64,000 nt of DNA from a virus (IMGVR_UViG_3300028584_001240); one strand, 5' to 3'. Counted from the first letter of the stretch, positions 37,256 through 46,093 are shown. Notes: a model not told the origin generated them from the sequence alone. A program made the numbers and translations.

Positions 37256-38095
37256 TTATACACTAATCATATCATTAAGCTTTAAAACATCTCGATAATC
37301 AAGATTAAAATCAATACCATATTCATCATTTAATCTTGGCTTCAAGTTTTTACAAGCCAAATCATAGAGATAACGATATACATAATCTTGCAATTCACTT
37401 TCAGCAATCACCAATGTTTCTTCTGGCACTAATTCATCTAATACTGCCAAGTCACTTTTATAATTTTCTTTTGGCTGACTGGTAATAAAAAGCTCTTGTG
37501 AACTTTTGGTATATACCATATTGACAACGACTTTATTTAAATCTTGTGTAAATAAAAGCTTGTCAGTTTCTAAACTTTCATAAAAAGCAAAAATACAGAT
37601 TGAATATTTTAACACAAATTGAAAGAAACTTCTATGTATATCTACAAAATCAGTACCTGAAAAATAAAATTCATTATCATGCTGCATAATACAGATTTCA
37701 CGTTGTTCAAGATTCGGGCCATCAGTGTAACTGAAAAAATAAAGCATTTCTTTTGGGTGTAAAATAAAACTAATATTATGTTTATCTTTAAAAATAGCAA
37801 AAAGCTTATCAACCAAGACATCAGAAACATGAAAAAAGATAGGGTATGCTAAATAACACATTACTCCATCAATTGTAGCCGTTTCATTAACGTAGAGTTT
37901 ACGAGCAATAGTTTTCAAAACGCATTGATTATTTTTATAAAAATAAATATCTTTGAGATCTTTCAACGTACATGACACCCCATTACTGGAAAATGCATGC
38001 ATCGTTTTTGTCATGTCATCATAATAGAAACTGATTTCAACGCCGTAAATACGAGACGTTTTAATAAACCAGTGTTGTTCAACATTCGGATGCAT
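37256..38095 (-). CDS. Tail-motif paralogue family member
   Basis: 279 aa. Ends ..DYRDVLKLNDMISV. Sits between the tRNA genes and the tRNA-like element. Confidence 0.8.
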   Translation of the reverse strand: MHPNVEQHWFIKTSRIYGVEISFYYDDMTKTMHAFSSNGVSCTLKDLKDIYFYKNNQCVLKTIARKLYVNETATIDGVMCYLAYPIFFHVSDVLVDKLFAIFKDKHNISFILHPKEMLYFFSYTDGPNLEQREICIMQHDNEFYFSGTDFVDIHRSFFQFVLKYSICIFAFYESLETDKLLFTQDLNKVVVNMVYTKSSQELFITSQPKENYKSDLAVLDELVPEETLVIAESELQDYVYRYLYDLACKNLKPRLNDEYGIDFNLDYRDVLKLNDMISV

Positions 38096-38149
38096 AACAA
38101 GACCTCAAAAAAATAAACCTTATAGAATTATAAGATTTATGTAATAATG

Positions 38150-38224
38150 TTGAAGAGGAAGGATTTGAACCTCCGACATACCCGCCCAAAATGCAGGCTG
38201 CTCTACCCACTGAGCTACCCTTCA
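38150..38224 (-). tRNA. tRNA with non-canonical anticodon arm; anticodon most simply UUU (Lys); CCA not encoded
   Basis: Manual fold of the minus strand: acceptor TGAAGGG/CTCTTCA (U1-A72, one G-U); D arm GCTC-AGTGGGTA-GAGC; anticodon arm GCCTGC-ATTTTGG-GCGGGT (6 bp, or 5 bp with a 9-nt loop); variable ATGTC; T arm GGAGG-TTCAAAT-CCTTC; discriminator A. Confidence 0.7.
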
Positions 38225-38272
38225 AACTCTTTATAAAACAATAGAGCAACTAGGTTACTCTATTTTTTAAAT

Positions 38273-38349
38273 TGGTCGGAGTGGCAGGATTTGAACCTGC
38301 GGCATCTTGCTCCCAAAGCAAGCGGTCTACCGGGCTGACCTACACTCCG
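38273..38349 (-). tRNA. tRNA-Pro (anticodon UGG), CCA encoded
   Basis: Manual cloverleaf: CGGAGTG-TA-GGTC-AGCCCGGTA-GACC-G-CTTGC-TTTGGGA-GCAAG-ATGCC-GCAGG-TTCAAAT-CCTGC-CACTCCG-A-CCA. All stems are Watson-Crick. C1-G72 and G37 are typical of tRNA-Pro. Confidence 0.9.
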
Positions 38350-38362
38350 TTTCGATAAGTAA

Positions 38363-38391
38363 ATAATACGATATTCATACTGCATTGTCAA
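38363..38391 (-). promoter_or_regulatory. Strong sigma70-type promoter of the tRNA transcription unit
   Basis: Minus strand: TTGACA, 17 nt, then TATTAT, ending 13 nt before the tRNA-Pro 5' end. Confidence 0.65.
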
Positions 38392-38521
38392 CATTTTTTT
38401 TTATGATTGAAATTTTATCAAAAATACAACACTTTAAAATTTTTAAAAATAATATTACTTATTGGTTTTTATTGACTTTTTATAAAAAATGGTAAACTGT
38501 TGAAAACATTTAATTTATTTT

Positions 38522-39259
38522 ATGAAGAATTGGCAAATATTTGAAAAGAATTGTTTGGACTATCTTAACCAGACCAACCTCGATGTAATGATGAAATATA
38601 CATCGAAAGGAAGTTCTGACTCCACAATATCAGATATCCAAGTCATGGAAAATGATGTATTGTCTTATTACATAGAAGCCAAAATGCCAAAATCTCAGTG
38701 TGGTCAATTTGTGCTACTAAAAAATGACAATAACGAGTTCTATTTTAGTGAAAGAAATAAGATTGCGATTAATGAATCTTCAAAAGAAATAATTGAATAT
38801 ATTAACAACAATCAATTAAATGAAATTGAAAAGAAAAACATTCCATTAGTTTTGTCACAAGAATTAATTGTAGATTACATTCTTACGCATTACAAAGAAA
38901 AAGAAGTAAAGTATATCATTACAAAGAAAAAAGATGATTACCAACTAATACCATTGAATAAAAATGACTTATTAAATGCCTTTGAATTTAGTGCAACATT
39001 ACGAATGAAGAAAAGCGGTTCAAGAAGTCTCACAAAATCTTTTGAAGATAAGCTAATTCATCATATAGAGAAAGAGTTCATCAGCAAAGAGAACATAGAC
39101 AATAAAACAATGTATCTGTTAAACAAAGAAGGTGATTTCATCATTCATATAGATGGTTATGACTTATTTTTCAAACAACAAGAAAATAAAATGTATGTGG
39201 TAAGAATATTGTCAAACACAAACAATTATTGTGTAATATTTTCATTGAATTTAAAATAA
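38522..39259 (+). CDS. PD-(D/E)xK-like nuclease-fold protein (putative)
   Basis: 245 aa. N-terminal WQIFEKNCLDYL..GSSDSTISDIQV..YYIEAKMP gives a D..(E)xK arrangement like Mrr/restriction-endonuclease-type catalytic cores. The rest is unassigned. Confidence 0.45.
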   Translation: MKNWQIFEKNCLDYLNQTNLDVMMKYTSKGSSDSTISDIQVMENDVLSYYIEAKMPKSQCGQFVLLKNDNNEFYFSERNKIAINESSKEIIEYINNNQLNEIEKKNIPLVLSQELIVDYILTHYKEKEVKYIITKKKDDYQLIPLNKNDLLNAFEFSATLRMKKSGSRSLTKSFEDKLIHHIEKEFISKENIDNKTMYLLNKEGDFIIHIDGYDLFFKQQENKMYVVRILSNTNNYCVIFSLNLK

Positions 39260-39294
39260 TGATAACATCTATGCCAATTATTATCATGAAAGAC

Positions 39295-39318
39295 AAAAAC
39301 CGCATCTCTGCGGTTTTA
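39295..39318 (+). terminator. Rho-independent terminator
   Basis: AAAACCGCAtctcTGCGGTTTTatatttt. Confidence 0.8.
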
Positions 39319-39336
39319 TATTTTCAACAATTTCTC

Positions 39337-39999
39337 TTAAATAGTGGACATTTCAAACAGTAAACATAATGAATCATAATCCATAGTTTCAGGTGTAACA
39401 CCTACTTTGTATTCATCTGGAATGTCTTCATATCGTGTTCTTAATAAGGCTTTGATGGCTTTGCTTTGATCGGTAATTCCATGCTCAATAAACACATCGC
39501 CACGAGTAAATGAATACTCTCGAAGATCGACAAAAAAGCCAGTCTTCTTGTAATTTTCTATGTCATCTTGTTTGTATTCAGCAAACGTTCCTTTTTCTTT
39601 ATTCAAATTAATACAATGATTGAATCCATTGTTCCAACGAATAATCACACGACTAGGTTTAAGAATATCGTCAATAATATCAGAATCATAATGAACCGAT
39701 ATCGTATAGTGATAATTGTCATAACGCATGATGGGATATTTTAACATAGTAGCAAATGAATTAAATTTATCCATAAAACGCAAACTGTAATTAAAATACG
39801 ATTCGGTTGTGATATTATTTGTTTTTAAAATGTCATTAACTAAATCGGCCCAACCACTATAAGCACAATCTTTAATAATACGTTTATCTTTCCAGTAGAA
39901 ATGAAAAATATGTCTTCTCGACTTTGATGGTGTTTTAAAGTTGATTTGATCATCGTTTTTAATGTAACGAGATCCTACTGCTTTATCAAATTTCTTCAT
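39337..39999 (-). CDS. Tail-motif paralogue family member
   Basis: 220 aa. Ends ..MDYDSLCLLFEMSTI. Confidence 0.8.
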   Translation of the reverse strand: MKKFDKAVGSRYIKNDDQINFKTPSKSRRHIFHFYWKDKRIIKDCAYSGWADLVNDILKTNNITTESYFNYSLRFMDKFNSFATMLKYPIMRYDNYHYTISVHYDSDIIDDILKPSRVIIRWNNGFNHCINLNKEKGTFAEYKQDDIENYKKTGFFVDLREYSFTRGDVFIEHGITDQSKAIKALLRTRYEDIPDEYKVGVTPETMDYDSLCLLFEMSTI

Positions 40000-40037
40000 A
40001 TGTGTACCTATCTATTAAAAGGTAACAAAACACGCTA

Positions 40038-40373
40038 TCAATGCAGTGTTTTCACCTTGGATGCGTTATAGAAACTCAGCTTCTGAGCGAGTTCCCCAAT
40101 GAGTGATGTTCGCGTAACTTCACAGATAGGATTGAAAATAGATTGAAGATGATCAAGACTGAGCTTATTATACTCTGCAATTTTCTGCATTTCCTGAAAA
40201 TCATCGGCGGTCTTAGGCTCCATAAAAAGCAAAATAAGAAAATCACCAACCTCAGATTCATCAGTAACCATAGCTTCTGGATGGCCGAGGGATTCAAGGA
40301 TAATAGCTGTTTCTTTTTCAAAGATATCCACTAAATCGCTATCTGCTTTCTGAACGTCTACTTTGTTAGTCAT
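40038..40373 (-). CDS. Small acidic hypothetical protein, paralogue of 45467..45829
   Basis: Start moved to ATG 40373 (GGAGG upstream). IILESLGHPEAMVTDESEVGDFL and ..SLIGELAQKL align with KILDAVNVPHFKVSDNTEVSSLF and ..KLVDLAKKL of the other gene. Confidence 0.65.
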   Translation of the reverse strand: MTNKVDVQKADSDLVDIFEKETAIILESLGHPEAMVTDESEVGDFLILLFMEPKTADDFQEMQKIAEYNKLSLDHLQSIFNPICEVTRTSLIGELAQKLSFYNASKVKTLH

Positions 40374-40437
40374 CTCGCCTCCAATATTATTGTCTAATAA
40401 TAGCAAAAAAATACCATAATGTCAAACTTAAAGAAAC

Positions 40438-40466
40438 TTGAAAGAACGTCTTAATTGTGTTAAAAT
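40438..40466 (+). promoter_or_regulatory. Putative sigma70 promoter
   Basis: TTGAAA, 17 nt, then TAAAAT with TGt (extended -10). Confidence 0.6.
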
Positions 40467-40492
40467 AATGAAAATTTAATGGGAATTAATAG

Positions 40493-41266
40493 ATGAAAAT
40501 TAGAACGGGTATACTGACCAATGAGTACAAAGAAGAAACCACTTATGAATGGCCGGAAGGTTCGGGTTCGCAGGCGGGTGGTGGTTCACTTGATGGTATT
40601 GGTTCCGTAGTCTTTTTTGAAGTCTTTATTAAAGACATGAGTTATATCCGTGGTGAAGGTGCTACACTGGCAGATGCTGAAAAAGCCGCTTGGGATAAAT
40701 ACCAAGTGTATATGGGCTGTGAGCATGAATTTCAACGGTTCAGCGATACAAGCCAATTGGGTAAATGTAAGCACTGCAGTATGAAAAAAGACAAGCTGTT
40801 TAAAATGCTAACCACTTGCAACACCTGTGGCAAACATGAAGTCATCCATAATATTAGTTATGAATACTATTGTTATGAACACTACATGACTAAACTTGTA
40901 GACAACATTAAGACCTGTGACGATAACAGAGAACTGATTGCACAAGAAAAATGGCTGGGTTGTCATAAAGTGCTTGAAGAAGCTGGTGTTTTTGATGGCC
41001 TGACGGATGTTGAAATTCATACAGTCTTTCATAAAAACTATCATGGCTTCTTTGAATACATGATGGATGTTTGTAAAACTCTACAAAAAGAACACAACCC
41101 AACCAGTAAGTTGCATTATATTGATGTATTGGAAATGATGGAACATGATTCAACTGCTTTGAAAGCAATTTTCAACATTTATCTTTCTGAATGTAAAGGT
41201 GTGAACGTAAATAAAGATATTCAAGAACTTGAAGATTTGCTAATTACTTTCGTAAAAAGTAAATAA
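40493..41266 (+). CDS. Hypothetical protein with Cys/His zinc-ribbon-like cluster
   Basis: 257 aa. The cluster is CEHEF..CKHCS..CNTCGKHE..CYEHY. Confidence 0.65.
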   Translation: MKIRTGILTNEYKEETTYEWPEGSGSQAGGGSLDGIGSVVFFEVFIKDMSYIRGEGATLADAEKAAWDKYQVYMGCEHEFQRFSDTSQLGKCKHCSMKKDKLFKMLTTCNTCGKHEVIHNISYEYYCYEHYMTKLVDNIKTCDDNRELIAQEKWLGCHKVLEEAGVFDGLTDVEIHTVFHKNYHGFFEYMMDVCKTLQKEHNPTSKLHYIDVLEMMEHDSTALKAIFNIYLSECKGVNVNKDIQELEDLLITFVKSK

Positions 41267-41313
41267 AAGAATTAAACTTAACATTTTAAAAAGAATTGAT
41301 GAGGAATTGAAAA

Positions 41314-42333
41314 ATGACACCTATTGACCACGCAGCTATTTATGATTTCGCCAATGAACATCTTAAAAAAACTGATAAAAGCAAATCAGTTGTGAAAGCA
41401 TTAGCAGAAGATATTTTTAATACTTATTTTAAAGAGAACTTTAATAGTCAAACTATTAATCTACAAGGACATCTGAGAGCTGTTGTTGATAATAGGCCAA
41501 TGGCTGACTTTGAAAATCAACGACTATGGAGAGATTTAAAAGAAAGATACCTAAGCGTAATTGACTCTTATTTGTTAGCTCCTTTGGTTAAAGGAATTCA
41601 CAAGAAAGAAGAAATTGTGCCATTTTTCAAAAAAGGTGAAAATAATCCGCACTGGATGGAAGAAATTCACTGTGTTGATTGTGGTTGCAATCTCAAAGTA
41701 AAAAAGAAAGGTGACGCCTATACCAATGACTTGAAAGAAGACGAAGAACAATATTGGGTCTATGTCAAAGAAGCACAATCAGCGTGTAAATTCCCAGAAG
41801 GCGTAGGTCATTATAGCAACGTGATTGATGTACCATCAGGTAAATTAATTTTTTCAAACTATTTATTGAATTTGTTTGATAGAGAACTCGCCATTACATC
41901 CGATGAATACATCAGTGATAAATGTGGCTACCGAAATAGTATTAACAGTGATTATGGCGTAAAATTAAACACAGAGTTTTGGAATAACTTAAAAGTTATT
42001 TATATTCAAGTTGGTAATACATCACCGAACTTGTATCAAAATCCAAAAACTCATGAAATTACCTGCAAGATTGGTAAAGCTAAGAAGGATTCCATAAAAA
42101 AAGGTAAAATTGATACATCAATATGGGCTGTTTTTGGCATGGATTATGATGAATTTATCAAACTATGTAAAGAAAATGGAAAAAATACCGAAAATATTGA
42201 CGATATAGAAGCACTCGAAGCTCAGTACAAACCTGTCTATATTGATGTTCCGGTTGGTAAATATGAAGTTACTTCCTATAATGCGGCTAAATATGATGAT
42301 CAAGATACTTTCTTTACCATTAAAGCAGTATAA
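41314..42333 (+). CDS. Hypothetical protein
   Basis: 339 aa with GAGGA SD. Contains HCVDCGC; not recognised. Confidence 0.7.
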   Translation: MTPIDHAAIYDFANEHLKKTDKSKSVVKALAEDIFNTYFKENFNSQTINLQGHLRAVVDNRPMADFENQRLWRDLKERYLSVIDSYLLAPLVKGIHKKEEIVPFFKKGENNPHWMEEIHCVDCGCNLKVKKKGDAYTNDLKEDEEQYWVYVKEAQSACKFPEGVGHYSNVIDVPSGKLIFSNYLLNLFDRELAITSDEYISDKCGYRNSINSDYGVKLNTEFWNNLKVIYIQVGNTSPNLYQNPKTHEITCKIGKAKKDSIKKGKIDTSIWAVFGMDYDEFIKLCKENGKNTENIDDIEALEAQYKPVYIDVPVGKYEVTSYNAAKYDDQDTFFTIKAV

Positions 42334-42362
42334 CAAACAATTAAACTTAAAAAGAGTGAGAC

Positions 42363-42683
42363 ATGGAAAAATATACAATACGTTCTATTTTAAACGAACC
42401 AACCCAAAGTCCAGAAGGTTGCTTTTGTCTACCAATTGACCATCAATCATGGACATTAGACACCATTGGCTCCTTTACAGACGACAGTAGTAATTATGCA
42501 CCAGATTCAGAAGAATATTTGCCATTAGAAGTAAAAGATGGATCATGGATTGTTACACTGGATACTGCAACCATTGAAGATATTGTATTAAATGTTAAAG
42601 ATCAAAAAGAAAATGCAACAGTAGATGATTTATTGATTGCTTTTATCTATTATTTTGAAAATGATGCTTTTTTAATCCTTTGA
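42363..42683 (+). CDS. Hypothetical acidic protein
   Basis: 106-aa ORF, same strand and closely spaced. Confidence 0.6.
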   Translation: MEKYTIRSILNEPTQSPEGCFCLPIDHQSWTLDTIGSFTDDSSNYAPDSEEYLPLEVKDGSWIVTLDTATIEDIVLNVKDQKENATVDDLLIAFIYYFENDAFLIL

Positions 42684-42708
42684 TTTATTAATAGGTTTAT
42701 GATATAAT
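42680..42708 (+). promoter_or_regulatory. Putative sigma70 promoter
   Basis: TTGATT, 17 nt, then TATAAT with TGa. The TTATGATATAATAAG box is also present at 4784-4798. Confidence 0.6.
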
Positions 42709-42736
42709 AAGTCATTATTTTAAAAGGAGTATCATC

Positions 42737-43831
42737 ATGGGTGGTAATGCATTAGCTCTTGCCGTAGTAAACGGTAACCCTGAGCCGGTTGGCGTGGAAT
42801 CGAAACGTCTCCATAAAAAAGATTTTGATAGCTTGACAGCGAAAGTCGTCAAGGTATTGAATGTTGCCATCGAAAAAGCAAACTCTATGGGTGCTCATAT
42901 TGTTGATGCTCCCCATGAAGTCAAAGCTTATCGTCAAAAAGAAACTTTTGGTGATCTCGATTTGCTGGTAGACGGTGAATTATTTAGCTTCGTTCCTTAT
43001 GAAGAAGTGATGGAAATGCTTCGTGTGGAATTTAATCACACTGGCCCATTGCCTTACAAGCCAAAAGACAAGAAAGATATGGTGATGAGTATCGGTCTGC
43101 CTTCGGATGAAAAAGATGTTTATTTTCAGCTTGACTTGATTGCTTCTGAGCGAGATTATTATAAGTTTCACTCTTCTTATTTGAATTGGAACGATTTGGG
43201 TAACTTGGTAGGTGTTGTTGCCAGCTCTAATGGTTTCTTGAAATATGGTCATGATGGTCTTCGGTATTTGTTCAGGGATGGTGATAACCTCTTCGAAAGC
43301 GTTGTGTTGACGAATGATTGGGATGAAGCGTTGGAGTTCTTTGGTTACTCACAAGAGCGTTATTATGCTGGTTTTGATAACCTCTTGGAAATTTATGAGT
43401 ATGCAGCATCAAGCCGCTATTTCAGCCCAAGCCTGTATGCATTTGAGAACCGTAACCATACACAACGTACCCGTGACCGTAAACGTCCAACGTATAATGG
43501 CTTCTTGAACTGGATTGAAGAACAAGATGCTCTGGGTTACTTTAAGGACAAGAAACCGATGGACAGTGATAAATGGAAAGAACGTGTTTATGAATTCTTC
43601 CCAAGTTTTGCACAAACCGAGAAGGATACTTGGGCTAAACTTGAACGCCGTAAAGTGTTTAAGGAATACTTTAATGGTGGGCGTCTCTTGAAATTTAAGC
43701 CAGAACTACAAAAGCAAGCAATCAGTGACTATTTGAAAGCACTTGAACAAAGTGTTCCAGACATTGAAGAATTTGTAGTCACTTATAAAGACGTTGCAAT
43801 GGAAATGCTTGTAAAAATGAAAGAAGCTTGA
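42737..43831 (+). CDS. Pol-beta-fold nucleotidyltransferase-like protein (putative)
   Basis: 364 aa. KETFGDLDLLV (G..DxD) followed ~55 aa later by YFQLDLIAS (third carboxylate), as in the pol-beta NTase superfamily. Specific family not recognised. AAGGAG SD. Confidence 0.45.
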   Translation: MGGNALALAVVNGNPEPVGVESKRLHKKDFDSLTAKVVKVLNVAIEKANSMGAHIVDAPHEVKAYRQKETFGDLDLLVDGELFSFVPYEEVMEMLRVEFNHTGPLPYKPKDKKDMVMSIGLPSDEKDVYFQLDLIASERDYYKFHSSYLNWNDLGNLVGVVASSNGFLKYGHDGLRYLFRDGDNLFESVVLTNDWDEALEFFGYSQERYYAGFDNLLEIYEYAASSRYFSPSLYAFENRNHTQRTRDRKRPTYNGFLNWIEEQDALGYFKDKKPMDSDKWKERVYEFFPSFAQTEKDTWAKLERRKVFKEYFNGGRLLKFKPELQKQAISDYLKALEQSVPDIEEFVVTYKDVAMEMLVKMKEA

Positions 43832-43837
43832 TTTGAA

Positions 43838-43868
43838 AGCCCCTCGTGAAAATCTGGGGCTTATTTTT
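43838..43868 (+). terminator. Probable rho-independent terminator
   Basis: AGCCCCtcgtgaaaatctGGGGCTtattttt. Confidence 0.55.
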
Positions 43869-43885
43869 AAGGATATTTTTAAAAT

Positions 43886-44614
43886 ATGAATGAGAAATAC
43901 ACAATAGTCCAGAATGATAGTTTAGAATTTGATGAATTGTTCGATGTCAGTCAAATTAATATGAGTTATTATTTTTCAAATTGGGTTAACAATGAGATTA
44001 AAATGACAAAAATTATTAAAAAACTTTATCTGGAAGGTATAAAAGTTGATATGATTAATATGTATGCAAATCCAGACAAGGGAGATCACCGTGAATATTG
44101 TGATGTTGAGAATCGTGATGATAGAATATATTACAATTTTATTAGTCAATTATTAAAACAATCTCATGCTAGAAATGACTTCAATTATTATGAACATTTA
44201 CCATTATCTGATCGAAAAGGTTATATGGATATTTGCTATCTCTTCAATAGGCCAAAAATAGAAATAAGATATCACACTAAAACAATTAGCACTATTTTTA
44301 CATTTACTGAGACTGGTTTGGTTATTGTATACAAAATTAACAATAATGACAGTAATAAAATGATGATAGAAATAAAAATCAATGAGAATAATGAAATATT
44401 ATCAACAATTGTTCACTTTAATGGAAAGATTTATAAAGAACCAGAAAAGATAAAATTAAGTCATAAACAGCTAGATTATCTTATTGCTTTATGTCATTAT
44501 GGCATGATAGAAGAGAAAGATTTTAATGTAGAGCCATATATTGATAAGGTGTTAGCAGAAGATTATAAAGATGTAATTAATTATTTTAAAGTAAAAGAGA
44601 TGACTTACATATGA
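43886..44614 (+). CDS. Tail-motif paralogue family member (sub-cluster E, 1 of 2)
   Basis: 242 aa. Ends ..VINYFKVKEMTYI. Shares SNKMM(I/L).I.IN, (K/Q)QLDYLI and NARNDF/HARSHL blocks with the next gene. Confidence 0.8.
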   Translation: MNEKYTIVQNDSLEFDELFDVSQINMSYYFSNWVNNEIKMTKIIKKLYLEGIKVDMINMYANPDKGDHREYCDVENRDDRIYYNFISQLLKQSHARNDFNYYEHLPLSDRKGYMDICYLFNRPKIEIRYHTKTISTIFTFTETGLVIVYKINNNDSNKMMIEIKINENNEILSTIVHFNGKIYKEPEKIKLSHKQLDYLIALCHYGMIEEKDFNVEPYIDKVLAEDYKDVINYFKVKEMTYI

Positions 44615-45405
44615 CAAATCAATATATCGTAAAAATACTCAGCTCAAAACATGTCTTTGATGAGACATCTAATAAGGGTGTTGAGAATAAATATTTAACT
44701 GTAAAAACAGAAAATGAAGACTTTAAAAAGTTATTGGATATTAGTGCTATAAACAGCAGATATTATTTTTCAGCGTGCTTAAATATTAAAGATAAAGTTA
44801 CTCAACATCTAAAAGAGACGAATAAAAAATTCGCAGACGTTAGACCTTATCACGCTCCTGATAAAGATGATTGCACGGAATATACAGATGTAAAAAATCA
44901 GAACTCTACTGTATACATGGATTTTATTGAGAACCTTGTTAAAAATGCACATGCAAGAAGTCATTTAACATTTGTGGACTATATTAAAGACATTCATAAA
45001 AAAGCTGACGTTATTTTTTCTCACTTTTTTGACAATGCTAAGATAAGTATCACCTATTTTACAAAACCTATCATGCTTTGTATGAATTTTGATAAAAATG
45101 GATTGAATATTGTCTATATGCTAAATAGTTGTGACAGCAATAAAATGATGTTAGACATTACTATTAATCACAACACTGAAATTATCTCAACAGAAGTTTA
45201 CTTTAATTTTAATAATACAAGATCAAATGAAACAGATATGATTACTTTAAACCATCAACAATTAGATTACCTTATTGTATTAAGTCATTATGCTGACGGT
45301 GAAGAGATTGATTTTATGGTTGAAAAATATGTTGATGACATTTTAGCTGAGAACTATCAAGATTTACTCGATTACATTAAAGTTAAAGAAATGATGCACA
45401 TCTAA
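44611..45405 (+). CDS. Tail-motif paralogue family member (sub-cluster E, 2 of 2)
   Basis: 264 aa. Ends ..LLDYIKVKEMMHI. ATGA overlap with the previous gene. Confidence 0.8.
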   Translation: MTNQYIVKILSSKHVFDETSNKGVENKYLTVKTENEDFKKLLDISAINSRYYFSACLNIKDKVTQHLKETNKKFADVRPYHAPDKDDCTEYTDVKNQNSTVYMDFIENLVKNAHARSHLTFVDYIKDIHKKADVIFSHFFDNAKISITYFTKPIMLCMNFDKNGLNIVYMLNSCDSNKMMLDITINHNTEIISTEVYFNFNNTRSNETDMITLNHQQLDYLIVLSHYADGEEIDFMVEKYVDDILAENYQDLLDYIKVKEMMHI

Positions 45406-45419
45406 TTAACTTTAACTTC

Positions 45420-45453
45420 AAAAAAAAGAACTGTCTATGCAGTTCTTTTTTTT
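45420..45453. terminator. Bidirectional terminator
   Basis: aaaaaaAGAACTGtctatgCAGTTCTttttttt. Confidence 0.8.
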
Positions 45454-45466
45454 GTCGTCCAGTTTT

Positions 45467-45829
45467 TTAAGCTGTTGTAAGACTACGCTCATGTAGTTTT
45501 TTGGCTAAATCTACCAATTTATCATCAAGTTCAACAATACAAACACCCTCAAACAGTTTGGTAACAGCCGAAAAAGCGTTCAACGCATCCATTTTTTTAT
45601 CTTGCATTTCTCTTACAGAGTAAGTGCGAGGTTCAAACCTTGCTACACCTGAATATTCATTAGTATAGAATAAACTAGAAACTTCTGTATTGTCAGATAC
45701 TTTAAAATGTGGAACATTAACAGCATCTAAAATTTTATCAACTTCAGCTCTGTAAGCATTAACCAATGCAGTTGGTGGTGGCGTATATTCAGGAAAAAGA
45801 ACATCGGATATAAATTTTGGTAGCTTCAT
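45467..45829 (-). CDS. Small hypothetical protein, paralogue of 40038..40373
   Basis: 120 aa. See the alignment notes at 40038..40373. Confidence 0.65.
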   Translation of the reverse strand: MKLPKFISDVLFPEYTPPPTALVNAYRAEVDKILDAVNVPHFKVSDNTEVSSLFYTNEYSGVARFEPRTYSVREMQDKKMDALNAFSAVTKLFEGVCIVELDDKLVDLAKKLHERSLTTA

Positions 45830-45917
45830 TATAATCTCCTATTAGAAGCACTATAATAACATAAACAAGCAGAAATGACAATAAAAATGATTAATTGAAA
45901 GAAAAATAAAAAAACTG

Positions 45918-45946
45918 TTGACATTTTTTTAATTAAAGATCACAAT
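45918..45946 (+). promoter_or_regulatory. Putative promoter of the thrS leader
   Basis: TTGACA (45918-45923), 17 nt, then CACAAT (45941-45946). Confidence 0.5.
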
Positions 45947-45969
45947 ATAAGTAATTGGAGAAAATTCAG

Positions 45970-46047
45970 ATGAAATTATTTGCAGTAAACACAACGACTA
46001 CAACAACTCAGTTCAATAGCTGGGCTGGTCGATTGTTGCTGTCTTAA
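45970..46047 (+). CDS. Thr-rich leader peptide of thrS (25 codons)
   Basis: GGAG lies 9 nt upstream. ATG AAA TTA TTT GCA GTA AAC ACA ACG ACT ACA ACA ACT CAG .. TAA gives MKLFAVNTTTTTTQFNSWAGRLLLS. Six consecutive Thr codons occupy 45991-46008. Too short for the ORF track. Confidence 0.75.
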   Translation: MKLFAVNTTTTTTQFNSWAGRLLLS

Positions 46048-46093
46048 AATAATCGGAACCACAAAAACCCAGCTAAACGGCTGGGTTTTTTTA
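46017..46093 (+). promoter_or_regulatory. Transcription attenuator: competing antiterminator and terminator helices
   Basis: TAGCTGGG (46017-46024) is the exact reverse complement of CCCAGCTA (46068-46075). The same CCCAGC (46068-46073) pairs with GCTGGG (46080-46085) to form the terminator. CTCAG (46007-46011), directly after the Thr codons, can pair with CTGGG (46020-46024). Confidence 0.7.
46063..46093 (+). terminator. Intrinsic terminator of the thrS attenuator
   Basis: aaaaaCCCAGCtaaacgGCTGGGtttttttt, 55 nt upstream of the thrS ATG. Confidence 0.8.

Noticed and set aside
45970-46047. The possibility that the Thr-rich mini-ORF is a chance ORF.
   Set aside because: I considered and discarded this. 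Six consecutive Thr codons sit in a 25-codon ORF with a GGAG SD. The ORF is exactly upstream of thrS and is followed by an 8-bp antiterminator that competes with a canonical terminator. That is too coherent to be chance, so it is kept as a finding, pending experimental proof.
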